NCBI GenBank assembly: GCA_964106645.2
Contig: OZ067048.1
From: Podarcis pityusensis
Taxonomy: Eukaryota
DNA length: 64,000 nucleotides
Strand: one strand, 5' to 3'
The notes beneath the pieces are model-generated. The model made no database searches. It saw only the letters and a program-made list of their open reading frames with translations, and was not told where the DNA came from. The translations under genes were made by a program, and so were the position numbers. Shown piece by piece: positions 37,685-50,260 of the stretch. The number at the start of each line of letters is the position of its first letter. Within the stretch, counting starts at the first letter, position 1.

Positions 37685-37915
37685 CAGTGGTACCTCGGGT
37701 TACAAACACCTCAGGTTACAAACACTTCAGGTTACAGACTCCGCTAACCCAGAAGTAGTACCCCGGGTTAAAAACTTTACCTCAGGATGAGAACAGAAAT
37801 CGCGTGGCGGCAGCGGGAAGCCCCATAAGCTAAAGTGGTACCTCAGGTTAAGAACAGTTTCAGGTTAAGGATGGACCTCCGGAACAAATTAAGTTTGTAA
37901 CCAGAGGTACCACTG
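37685..37915 (+). mobile_element. Tc1/mariner-type MITE (~230 bp family), copy 1
   Basis: TIRs CAGTGGTACCTC / GAGGTACCACTG, TA TSD, and internal CAGGTTA repeats. Confidence 0.88.
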
Positions 37916-40084
37916 TATTTTTAAAAGCTCCTCAGGACTGGTTTGCATACTGGACAGAACTGCTAAGTTCCTTCCATGTGCTTGTCCTTGAGCTCAGTTT
38001 TTCGTTTTGACAAGTGCTTGCTAGGATTGCAGGACTCACTGCAGTATGTTTGCTGTGTGCATTCATGCCTCCAGCTCAAATACTATCTCCACATGACTGT
38101 GGGACTGAGGCTGCATTCACATGGCAGTTTATTCCATTTCTTTCCTTAGAGTTTCCTTAATGTCTGCATGATATTTAAGCTTTCACATGACGCAAAAGCC
38201 ACTATCAGAAAATGAATTACATATAGTGTATGTTTGCACTCATCTTCATGTTTTTTGATTCCAATAAAATATTGGTTTACAGCTCCCTTAACCTTGAAAA
38301 TTGCGGGAGTAAGTGACAAAATTTTGGGCAATAGACTGGAATCCAGTTCTTTCCTGCTGTTTTCATTGGGGAATCCTGGGGGGACAGAAGCATGTGCAGA
38401 AAGCATGGGAGAGTAGTGACATTGCCCACTATGTTAGTTGCTTCACACCATGCCCCTGGTGTGAATGAAATTTAGCATGACACAGTCATATTGGACAAAA
38501 AGGCACAGTTCCATAGCACAAAAGGTACTGCAGTGTGGAAGGAACAATAGAAAATGTGACAGGTGCATTAGCATTATAATCAGGAAAAATAATGAAGTTT
38601 TCCTAATGTCTAAATACACCCTGAGTGAACTCAAAGACAGCAAACAGAGGAGAAGGAAATTGATGGTAACGCCACCTGTGACCACTTTTAAGGAAGGGTA
38701 TATCAGGTGAAAGTGTAAGAGAAGCAGCCTTTCTAGATGTCAACATCTTACAGTGCTTGTCAAGTATTATGGTGCACAGCCAAGTGCTCTAGCAGAATGC
38801 ACATTGCTGCAGGAAAGCTGCCAATGAAGTTTATATGCTTCCAGCTGCCATTGCCCCCATTCTCTCAGTTCTAAGGTTGAGCCACTTGGGTTTTGTGATG
38901 AGCTGTAACAACAGCTGGAGTTCCTTCTCTTGCCTGAACAGTCAGGCCTCCCTACCCACTGCCATCTAGTGGCTATGTGCCAAACACCACACCAACCGTG
39001 TGAACTGAGGGACAAGGTTTGGCTGATGCTCCCTCCTACACAGCTCGGACAGCAGTTAACTGGAAATGCTGGAACAGTTGCATTTCTCATCCTTCCAGTT
39101 AAAGCCACTTGGGCGTACCTAATGCTGTGCAGGACAAATGGCTCCGGATTCTTTCCATAACTAATAAAAAAGAGGGGGAAACATACTTGATGACTGTGAT
39201 AGCTGACGGAACAGGCATCCTCACTAGCCTAGAGAAAAGAGATTTAAAGATGTTGGAAAATGCAGACTTGATGGCGTTCTCATAGGCACTCCTCTTTTGT
39301 CTAACAGACAGCAGGACAGTTTAAGGACTTGTAACAGAAAACTCAAATCAATTAATTGTACAGGCCTGAAGAAAAAGAAGCTTGTGTATTCTCAGAAACA
39401 TCTTGAATTACTGTAATTAACACCCAGTGTACCAGGTTTCCTTTGCAGATTTAATGATTGTCAGCAGCTCCTACACCTTGTTCACATTGCAGCTTTGTTC
39501 GACAATCTAGAACTAGGTTTCCCTCTCTTTTTTCAAAGCTTGCCACACTTCCTCATGCAGGCAGTCAAATAACTGACAAAATAATACAGCCTGTTGATCT
39601 TTCTTTCCAGGGTGGTCAAAAAATGAGTTTCCCTTACCAGGTTTGCCGCATTTAAAGTTTCAATCATGTTTTGCAGGTCTATGCCATTCTAATGCCACAT
39701 TGAAATATGAAAATTTGCCATAAATATTGGTGTGATCTGCCTTCTTAACTTCTGCTTGTGATCTTGATTCTGTGGACTTGTCTGTGTGGAAGATATATTT
39801 CCACCTCTGTCATCTGTTGTGACAATGTTGTTAGAAAAATACTTGCAAATATAACATATATAAATATCTATGACTGCTCTTTTATTCAATAATTAAGCCC
39901 TGTTCTGAGGACATATCCCTGTTGATCATTAATAAAATGCTCAAGCCCTGCACAGATGACATGAGCAGAGACAAGCAACGTGCGGGTGAGGCTGGCAGTG
40001 CTGGCCCACTGGCCTCACTCTTGACCTCCTTCATGTATTCATCCACATTTATGCACACAGCCTACAAACCTCACATGGTATCTC

Positions 40085-41777
40085 GGACTTCCGGGTTGGC
40101 GCCATCGCCGAATGGCGGACTCCCTCCGAGCTCCGGAGGGAGCCTGCTCGGCAGGGGCTGGGTCCTACCGCACCGGCGATGCGGGGACCCTTAAAAACCA
40201 CGGCCACGAGGGTCGTGGACATGGAGACTCGGCTGGCACCGCTAGCGCCCTCCCGACTCGTGAAGGAGCCTTTTTAAAGGCTACGGATCGGGTGCCGGGG
40301 AGAAGCGTGGTGCTTTGAGTCCTCTGCTATCCCTGCCGAGCGCAGCCGCATGCCATCCGGCGGAGAGCGCTGACTTCTTCTATTGAAAATTCGGACTTTT
40401 AGACAACAACCCGTGAGTAATTTGGAAACTGGGTTTAAAAGGAGGAAAAAAAGAATTTCTTTTTGAATTGGATACGAGCGGGGGGGGGATCCAAAAAGGA
40501 AGTCAGTCCCCCCCCCTATTGTAAACCTTTTAAGACAAGGACGGGGAAACCAAGGTCCAAAAAGATTTGTATTGCTGATAATCACTAAGAATTCCACGAT
40601 GGGGAATCATAAGAACTGTGCTGGAGGATGAATTGAGGGAGAAGAAACGTAACCCCCCCCCCCCGGGAACCGGGGTGATTGAAGAGAGAGCCTGGTGAAA
40701 AGAGTCGGAGATTTTGACAGCTGTCAAAGTAGCTGTCAAAGTCGGAAAGCAGAGAGGATTTTATTATGAGAACTTTGCTGGCTAAATTTGTTACAATTTG
40801 CTACAACTCGTTAAAACTTGGATACAAAATGGCGAAAATATGGATAACAATCGGACTTTTGGACTAGAGACGACAAAGTTATAACAATCCCCCTAGAGGA
40901 GTTTCGGGACATTACAAAGATGGTCGTAAGTGAAAAAAACACCATTGGAATTTTACAGGACTGGTTATCTTCTGGGAAAGCTGCAAAACGGAAATAATAT
41001 TTTGTCTACAGGGTGTTCAGCTAAAGGAGACAATAGAATTTTCTATTGAAGAAAGGAAGGGACTGAACGCAAGTTTTTGTTCCTGAATAACAATAATCCC
41101 TGCAGACTTACTAAGCTTCTGAATTAGAACGTTTCAGCAGCGGAACAAGAGGAAACTGGACTCTAATTTGGAAAGAACAATGGGGGGAGCTTTATTAAAG
41201 ATCTGAAGTTAAGTGTTCTAAAAATAATTATGAAAGGGAAAAAAAGGAAAAAAAAACCAGCAAGGAGTTGGGGGAAATAGGTGATTCATGGATTGTAAGA
41301 ATATGGTTTGGTGGTCAGGGGGAAATTAAACCGGGGACAGGGGGGGAGAACTAAAATCCAAAGGCTTGTCAACTTCTTTTTTTTTGAACTGGCTTTGTCT
41401 CATCTTTTATACTTTTTATTTCTTATTTCTGATATTTTTATTATGTGGGGTGTTTCTATTATTAAAAAAAGGGAAATTGTGGAATGAAAATGGGGTGGGC
41501 CCTGGGAAAGAAATTTTCTGTGTTTTATTAAGGGTATTGATGTGGAGTGTAGAAATTTTAAATTTGAATAATGGTTTAAACAAATTAAGTTTTTATTCAG
41601 AACTGAGAGCTTGTGGAGCCAACAATATGAAAAAGGAATATGGTAGGGGTGGGGGAAGGGGGAAGTCCCAGAAAGTGGTTCTATGAAAATAAGGCTATGA
41701 ACGTATTTTAATTATTGCTTTCTGTATTTTCTTTTTTTTGAAAATCTTAATAAATATTATTTAAAAAAAAAAAAAAA
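40085..41777 (+). mobile_element. Non-autonomous L1-type retroposon (~1.7 kb) with CpG-rich 5' end and poly(A) tail
   Basis: 12-bp TSD ACATGGTATCTC (40073-40084, 41778-41789), CpG-dense head starting GGACTTCCGGGTTGGCGCCATC, AATAAA at 41749-41754 followed by an A-tail, and no long ORF. Confidence 0.75.
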
Positions 41778-44149
41778 ACATGGTATCTCTTTACACAAGC
41801 CTTCCCCACCCCTGGTGCCCCCCAGATGTTTTGGACTCCACCTCCCACGAGCCCCAGCCAGGCCAGGATGGGAGCTGTAGTTGGAGAAGACTGCCCTAAA
41901 CAGTCAGGGCGAGGGGAGATACAAGTCACAGATACTGTATAGAGAAGGGCTAAATACCTACAGCTTGTTTGTGTGCAAAGACTCTCCCCACATGAGGGGG
42001 GATCTAAAGTTGTAAGCTCAGAATCTGGAAAAGCTTATTGTTGCTCTTTCTATGGCTCTTTCATTCATGCAACCTCTATTCAAGTCCCTTTGTAACTTGC
42101 CACTCCTTGAGCTAAGATGTTCACAAAAATGAAAAAAAGAGACCTGTTAGGAACATGTGGTCAACAGCCTGTCTTGGTAAGGACTGGCTGGAACCTACTT
42201 TGGTCAGGACCAATTATTTCCCTTTTATCAGTTACCACTGCCAGAATCCACAAAACCAGATAATTAGTGTTTGGTACCTATGGAGGCATAAGGTGCCAAG
42301 TGTTAGAGGTCAAGGTCCCTTTGCACACACATCCCAGTAATATATTTAAGGGGGCTGCCCCCCCCCCAGTTGATGGGCATTACCATTCAAGTGGGTTGTA
42401 TGTGTGTGCCCTGTCGTGTGATTGATTATGTGGGGTGGGGCTTACCTGGGCTCCCCCAATATTTTATTCAAGTTGGCACCCCTGTATGGAGGCTTTGAAA
42501 TTGTTTGACATCCATCCACTGCTGGTGCCTCTTGCAGCTAGGCATGGTGAAGATTGTTTCTATAAAAAGTGATTCATGAAATTGTAAAGAGAACTGTGCA
42601 ACAAGGTGATTTTTTAACAAACCCAAAGCCACTTGGTATATTCAACATAATTCTAACCAGTTATTGCAAGCATTTTCAGGATGTCACAGCAGCTCAGCCA
42701 ACAATGGGTGTAAGAGAAGAAAGCCTCCCTGGAACGCTACAGATGACAGCCAGCTTTTTAAAAAATGTACCATTATGCATAGTCTCACACAGGAAGCAGC
42801 CACAGTGGACGGGAATGGAAATGGGACTAGAACTTGCTAGTTCCAACAAATAAATCAGTATTTGCCATTGTTCTTTGCAGTAACAAATGTCCTGACAAAC
42901 ATGGGTCAGGAATGAAAACCTATGCCTTCTTACACCCCTAACCATTGCCCAGTGGAGTTTTTTTGATGCCAAACCCCTATCATAAATCAGCTTGGGAAAT
43001 CCCTTTTAAAAGCAGTTTGCCATGTGGCACTGGAAGGTTGCTGTCCAGGGAAAAAACTGAATCCCTGCTGGGTTCATGACCTAGCTTCACAGCTTTCCTT
43101 TTTTTAAATTTTGGCCATTAGTTTTTACTTTATATATTAAGTAATAAATGGCTGCATCCCTAAAACTGCATTTACTTTTGAGTTTCTGGGCTAAACATGT
43201 TTACTGAATGAAATGATGGGAGCTATGTTCTGAACCCTTAACAAAAGAGAATAGGGAGTAAGAAATGCGAGTTTAGAATGGCTACGGTGACAGAAGACAT
43301 TGCTGCAAAATAAACATAAGATTATTTGTTCTTCAAACCCACTAGGCCTCAGAGATTCAAGATACCATTTCCCTGATACAGCACACTTTCCCTAAAGAGA
43401 TTACGACTGTAATCCCAAATATTATGCTAGTGCAGGCCATCTCATATTTGAGCTCATCAGATTCAATGTTCTGCACATAATCTCCAGCAGCTTTAGCTGG
43501 TGTTATATAAAGCTGCCCAGGGAATGGCTGTCTCTAAGTAGTAATGATGACCACACAGTAAAGTAGTAAGGGCCACACTTTTCAGGACATAAGGAGGAGG
43601 GGTGTGTGTAGACATTACATTTTACTCCTTGTCCCTCCTCCCCTCCAAAAAGTGTTCCATATATTTCTAGGTACCTGCAATCTTAATGAAAAGTATGCAA
43701 TATGACATTTCTATTTACAAACCAAATTATTTGCTGTCTTCTATATATAAATTTTCTTCCCAAATTTGTTTAATACAATGATCTCTTGGCGTACTAAAAT
43801 TTCCTAGTGACACATTTCCCTCCAAGTTTCAAAATAGGGATAACGCCCACAACTCCCAGCAAAACACACACACACACCTGGAGACTTTGCTATGTGTTTG
43901 CTGTATGTTGTAGTCATTTATTCTGCAACAGCTTGCTTCTCCATTTACATAAAAGCCAACACACTGTTTGTTCTTTTGGTTAAATATATATTGGAAAATT
44001 GTCTGACAATATGTTTCTACCATTCAAAATACACCAAAGTAGCTGGAGTGATATAGCAAGTTGTGCGCTGCTTTTGTGCTTGTAAACATGTTTCTATTAA
44101 TGTGCTTTACAGACAAGATACATCTATCCCCAACCCACAGGGCCAACCC

Positions 44150-46900
44150 AATACCTTTCCCCCAAGAATCAACCCTTCACAAAGCCATTGAGGTGGGAAG
44201 GCAATCAGGGCTGATTACCAGACAGCTCAGGGAGCAAATAGAACTTGGGAATGACATGACAGAGATAACACTGGAAGGAGCACATATCTTGTAAAGGGCA
44301 AATTCTTTGCTCAAATATCTGCAAACGCTGCACAAAAGAAAGCCCAGAAAACAATCTGACTATTTTAAAAGTAGTATGATGGGAAAAGACTCATCCTTTG
44401 CAAGTGGAATATGTTCACAATGTGCAGGAAATGTTCAAAAAAAGGGAGTTTTATTATTATTATTATACTGCCCTATACCTGGAGGTCTCAGGGCGGTTCA
44501 AATTTTTTTTTTGCTATCATGTATCATGTCCAAACGGTACAGTGTGTGACCACAGCAATTAATGCCAATTTCTTCTTAGATGTCATTATTTTGTTATTTA
44601 CTCTCCATGAAGAACAAACCTAACTATTTGTGGGACTGTCATTAATTTCAAGATGAATTGAGGAGGTGTTGTCACAGTTATTTCACAGCATTCCAGATAT
44701 TAACAAGGCACAAACCATTTTACACAGCCCAGGGGATGCTCTACACTGCTTTTTGATGCTATAACACAGAAACAATCTATAAAGAGGAGCAGTTAGTGTT
44801 CATCATGTTTGCAATATAATCTCAGTTGGACATTAGCTCTCAGAATGGGACTTTTGAAAAATAGGAGATGTTAAATTTGGAGACAGTGACCTAAAGGTGT
44901 ACATTGTTTCAAGACTTAGTACCAAACTATGCAGAATACTACTAGAAACACACCATTCTGTTACCCCACCATGTGGAAATGGAACTAGAAAAGATGAAGG
45001 AGTTTGACATAACTAAGGAACTCGCCTAACCTACCTCGTGGTTTGCACCAGTTGTCCCAGTCATCAGCATCTGATTTTTATAGGTTATCAGAGAAAAATG
45101 TGCACTTTCCATACTGAAGGACTTTCTCCCAAAAGCAACAGGAGCTGAAGAACTTTCCAAAGTTGATGCCTCAAGTAGTTTGTAGTGAACACCTTTGGCA
45201 AAGCAAAGCACTAAACTGACTATCTTTCTCACACTTTTTGGGACCTCTTGTTATCATTGTTTGCCATTTGGAATCACAATGCTCTTGAGATTTTTCACAG
45301 AAAAATGGCAGAACTCCTTGGAGGCATAAAAGGAGCCACTGTTTTCATGGCACATCAATGAAATACCATGACAAAACGCTATCTGTCATCTTGAATATGC
45401 TCTATGAATCTGGACACAAGTGAAACAAGGAGAAATTAATTTCTTACCATGGTGAACTAGAGTGATCACACAACATGCAATAAAACCACTCTCAGAAAAG
45501 CTCCAAGTCACAAGGGACCCGAAAATATCAATTAACCTAACATTACAGAAATGAGGTGCTCTCTCTCAGAATGGTGATCTATACAGGTTGATATTTGCAA
45601 GACAGTTCAATAGAGGCAATAAGCCTGTTACTGAAACCCAACATGTCCTGGGCTTGAGGATTAGAACATGAGGCTACCTTCATGAAAAATGGACTTGATC
45701 TCCAATAAAGTTCTGTGATGTCAACAAGCCCACAATGGTTAGTGCTGATGCAAGCAGCTATGAACTAGTCTGAGTGTTACTACAGCTTTTACAGATACCA
45801 ATGTGCTCCAACTTATTTCCTCACAGACCATAAATCTTCAGTGACCTTAAGCAGAAGAAAAGATTTGAGTCAAGTACCATTACAATGTGAACATCTAATA
45901 ATGAGATTCACCCCGGTAGTCAAGTATGTTCTATGAAAAAAACTGGTCATGGCAGATACCTTGTCCTAAGCCCCACAATGCAATTGATGGCTACTCGTTA
46001 GAGTAGGATGTCAAGGCTTCTATTTATATTGTGTGATGTTACTCTTTTTATTTTTTATTCTTTATTGAAAAATAAAAACTACATAATTACGAGTGCACAG
46101 AGTAAGATAAGACAAAAAACAACAACAATAATACCCATGTAGAAAACAAAACAGAACAACAAAAAAGCAAATTATATACATTACAAAAAAGAGAAAAAAT
46201 ATTTTGGTAGTTAACCATCCCTTAACCTAATATGGCATTGTTTCTCTACCAGCATTTCAAAATCAGCATAATAAGATGAAAAAAGCTACAGTGGTACCTC
46301 GGCTTAAGAACTTAATTCGTTCTAGAGGTCCATTCTTAACCTGAAACTATTCTTAACCTGATGCACCACTTTAGCTAATGGGGCCTCCTGCTGCTGCCAC
46401 GTCGCCGGAGAACGATTTCTGTTCTCATCCTGAAGCAAAGTTCTTAACCCGAGGTACTATTTCTGGGTTAGTGAAGTCTGTAACCTGAATCGTCTGTAAC
46501 CCGAGGTACACTGTATTCAATCAGATCCAGAAGTTCAAGAAGTCTTATACTGTATCAGATTAGGATGGCTTAAATGTCTTAGCAATGCTTCAGGGATGGC
46601 TAGAAAGTATTTTGATGACAATGAATCGGAAGGCCTAATAACAAAAGGAAACTGTATTGTTGTACCACAACCCATAACAACCAAAGAGTATCAATAGTGG
46701 ACATCTAAATTTGTTCACTTTGGCATATCAGGTGGACTTGTCACTGACAATGTAATCAAATTTACAGCAGAGGAATTATGGTCATTCTGGATATTACCAC
46801 TAGCTCAAACAAGCAGGGAGTCAGGGTACGAGTATGAACTGTGAAGAAAATATTGAAACTCCTGTATTTCACCTTTTAAATTCTGGATCTACACTACTGA
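44150..46900 (+). mobile_element. Decayed Ty3/Gypsy LTR retrotransposon internal region (pol fossil); boundaries approximate
   Basis: Broken motifs in RT-RNaseH-integrase order: SKVDASS (~45156), LPFGIT (45261), ADASSY (45744), TDHK (~45823), KYV..K.LVMADTLS (~45920-45967), LVTDN..KFTAEE (~46737). Many stops and frameshifts. Confidence 0.75.
46289..46513 (-). mobile_element. Tc1/mariner-type MITE, copy 2 (reverse orientation)
   Basis: Same TIRs and TA TSD; reverse-complement homolog of copies 1 and 3. Confidence 0.88.
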
Positions 46901-46935
46901 TAGTTTCCAGATTGCGGATAGGAAGACTGACAGTA

Positions 46936-47163
46936 CAGTAGTACCTCGGATTACATATGCTTCAGGTTACATACGCTTCATGTTACAGACTCCGCTAACC
47001 CAGAAATAGTACCTTGGGTTAAGAACTTTGCTTCAGGATGAGAACAGTGGCACAGCGGCAGCGGGAGGCCCCATTAGCTAAAGTGGTGCTTCAGGTTAAG
47101 AACAGTTTCAGGTTAAGAACGGACCTCCAGAACAAATTAAGTACTTAACCCGAGGTACCACTG
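46936..47163 (+). mobile_element. Tc1/mariner-type MITE, copy 3
   Basis: Same TIRs and TA TSD; colinear with copy 1. Confidence 0.88.
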
Positions 47164-47697
47164 TATTCTTACTACATAGAACGCCACCCAGGGTTCATCC
47201 AAACTTCATTTTGCACCATGTTTTTATGCAGAGTTCTAGGCTTTAAAGCTCTGTGTCTGGGTGTTGGTGTTGTTTGTCCTGACACTTTCCCAGGAAAACA
47301 ACAATACTTGGCTATGGAGCTTTAAAGCATGGACTGGTGCCTGGGAAGTACAGCACCTAAGGAAGTCTGGATGAGCCCTCACTCTGGTTGAGTTATTTGG
47401 AAGCCTTAAAGATCACCTAGCATTTCAACAGTACTGATTCAGTATTTGTTTCTTTAAACCAGGGGTGGGGAACCACAGGCTCAGGTGGGGAACCAGTCCT
47501 TCTTCTCCAACCCTGAGGACCCTTCTTTGGCCATGCCCCCATCCCAGACCACATACCTTATCCTGCTCCGCTCGCTCCTTGAGTGCTTTTGTCTTGCTAG
47601 AATGTGTCCTTTGGACTTTGTGGATGCCTTTTGCTTGCCTGAATGAAGGATTGGAAGGATTGGAAGGGGTGTGTGGGTGTGTAAAGAAAGAAAGATA

Positions 47698-47759
47698 ACT
47701 CAGTTTTTGTGAGGTTGAAATGTACCTTACTCAGTTTTTGTGAGGTTGAAATATACCTT
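47698..47759. repeat. 31-bp tandem duplication (one mismatch)
   Basis: ACTCAGTTTTTGTGAGGTTGAAAT(G/A)TACCTT twice. Confidence 0.9.
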
Positions 47760-50004
47760 ACTGTACAAAGGGTAGAGTCACATCCCTTGCTCCACCTCCT
47801 TTAGCCTCCGGCCCTAGTCACTACTGGCATGTGCTCCAAAGTAAATTGACCAAGAGGGAATGTGACTCTCAGGTTGTAAAAGGCCCTGCACCCCTGCGGT
47901 AAACAAAAGCAGGGAGATATGTTGAAATCTTCATCATAAAGTTTAGTTAGTAGGTGACTAGTTTTAACTGGTTGAGCCAGGACTTTCCTGCTACTGTTCC
48001 ATTCTTGTTAGAAACAAACAATGAAGTTCTTGTCCCACTCCCCTACTGGTGTGTCCTCTAAGTCAGGGATGGGGGATCTGTGGACCTTCAGATGTTGTTG
48101 GCTACAACTCCCATAATCCTTGAACACTCACTGCGAATATGTTTCAGGAATCTGCACTTGGCCCCAGCTTTCTGCCTATGAGGGCACACCATGGCAGCAA
48201 TAAGGGTGTACAAAGAGTCGGCTATTGCTGCCCAGGGCCACAGGAAGACTTAATGTGCAGGAATAAATGTGGGTGTCCAGTTCATCCCCTACACCACACA
48301 GATAATGTCACTTGCTGGACATTTCAGACAAATGGTCAGTCAGAATGGAGGAGAAAGGTGATACAAATTGGAAGTCTGCACAGTTGAGCAGTGATATAGA
48401 ATACCCACTTCACAAGTGATGTTACCTGCATGGTTGAGGGGATAGATGGCAGGGATTTTTCATTATAAAAAATGGGGGCACAGAGCATTGGCTAACTATT
48501 TCCTAGACAAAGTGGTAAAATCCTTCAGTGTGTGAAACAGCTGAAGGTCACAACATCAACAAATGCCATGAAACAGCATGTTTAAAAATGAGTGCAAGTT
48601 TTGAACTAAAATGGGCAATGACTTGCCACCATTTAAGCAGGCCAAGAGCACTACAGATCTACAATTGCAGAATTTCATACTGGCTTTTAACAACTTTAGG
48701 CCCTAACTAGAATCACCATCTATAATCCTTTGACAGTAGGAGGGATGGAAGAATGAGCATTCCTGAGTACGGCTTAAGATCTGAGCATAATTCTAAATTT
48801 AACTTCCCCCCACTACCTTTTAAATACAGTCGTTAATATATAAAACCAAATCCTTCTGCACGGAAGGATTGAATGTAACACTATTTTACAAAAGTGCAAT
48901 AGAATGATATGGTTTAACTATTGGCAAATACTTCTCACGTGAGCCCTTGGATTATTTTAACATCACTATTCTCCTTGGCTATCCTGGGTTGGAACAGTCT
49001 CCCCCTTCCTGTCCTCAACTTAATTATTCCAACCAAAGAACAGGAGTCCTGGCAATAGCAAAACCTTAAGCCTGGCTGTCAGAGGGACAATTAATATTCA
49101 GAAATCAAGTTTGACTCTTGTCCTTCTGAGCTAACTGGATTCTCTTGGACTTCACTATCTACCACCTTTGCAGAGTCAGACAGGTGTGGTAAAGCTGGCT
49201 TGGGAGCCTGAGCATCTTTACACACACACTGGAGAACTGTGCAGGGGATGTGATCACGCAGCATTAATTAACATAGAAGAATTAGTATTCTGCCCATTGA
49301 CCAGAGACTACACACATTCAGCATAACATCTTCACAGAACTCACATGCATATGAGCTGTCCATGCATAAACTCTCCAGAGCTGGGTCCATGTTCATGTTT
49401 ACAGGGTCTAGATAACACATATGATGTGTGTGCAGTTCTGCTGCTTTGCTCTAATGAAGTTGCTTGTGTGTGGTTTTAGGAGAAGCCAGAGATCTCTTGT
49501 TCTAGTCAAATTTCTAAGGTTCACTTTAGACCCCATAGATCAGGGCTGGGGAGCTTGTGACCCTACAGATGTTGCTGGACTCTGAATCTCATCAGCCCCA
49601 GTCAGCATAGCCATGGTCAGCCATGATGGAAGTTGTAGTCCAGCAAGGTCTAAGAGCTCACATGTTCCCCATTCCTGCATCAAAAATGCCTTAAAATCTG
49701 AAGAAAACTTTTGTCTGATCAATTTGATTTGCCATCTTCCTTGATAATATTTAATCCACATTAAAATCCCAATATTTCCTTTATTTATCTATTCACAGCT
49801 TTCACCAAAAACAAACTTTTATAATAAAGATAATACAAAATGTTCTGTAAAAGATGATTGAAAGAACCAATCATACTCAATTCTTTCCCCAGTTCATGGC
49901 TGAGATAGTAGAATTACCATAATAAATAGGAGTGTCACATGAGGGAATGTGACAATCCTACAGTATGAAAAAATGCAAAATAAAATAAAAATAATAAGAC
50001 TCAC

Positions 50005-50044
50005 CAGCTGTATCTGTTTTTATGCCAGGTTGATTGTCACACAT
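50005..50044 (-). CDS. RORB: RORB alternative first coding exon (RORbeta2-type N-terminus), 40 nt coding, encodes MCDNQPGIKTDTA + phase-1 G
   Basis: Minus strand reads ATG TGT GAC AAT CAA CCT GGC ATA AAA ACA GAT ACA GCT G|GTGAGT, a strong donor. There is an A at -3 and an in-frame upstream TAG at 50075-50077. The phase-1 G joins the next exon (CA CAA ATT GAA) to give ...[11 protein letters not shown]. Length and pattern match the mammalian RORbeta2 N-terminus as I recall it (MCENQLKTKADATAQIEV). Confidence 0.9.
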
Positions 50045-50260
50045 TTTGACAAATCCAAGAGAGAATTTTTCTCCCTAAAAAGTGAACCCTGGCTTTAGAG
50101 GATGTTGTTGCTCTGTGGGTTGGTGACAGCACCTGTACTGATTCAAAGACTCTTATTAGGAGTCTTATTAGGTTGCATTAAAAGGATTAAATGAGCAGGG
50201 TCTTAGTGGCATAGATTGAGCCATTTCATTAAACAAGACAAGAAGCTGCTTGAGGAAACC
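50045..50260 (-). promoter_or_regulatory. Putative 5'UTR/proximal promoter of the RORbeta2 first exon
   Basis: Lies directly upstream of the RORbeta2 ATG. Contains TTAATCC (CRX/OTX-type site; ggatta at 50184-50189) and a direct repeat TCTTATTAGG at 50151-50160 and 50163-50172. The TSS cannot be determined from sequence. Confidence 0.5.
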
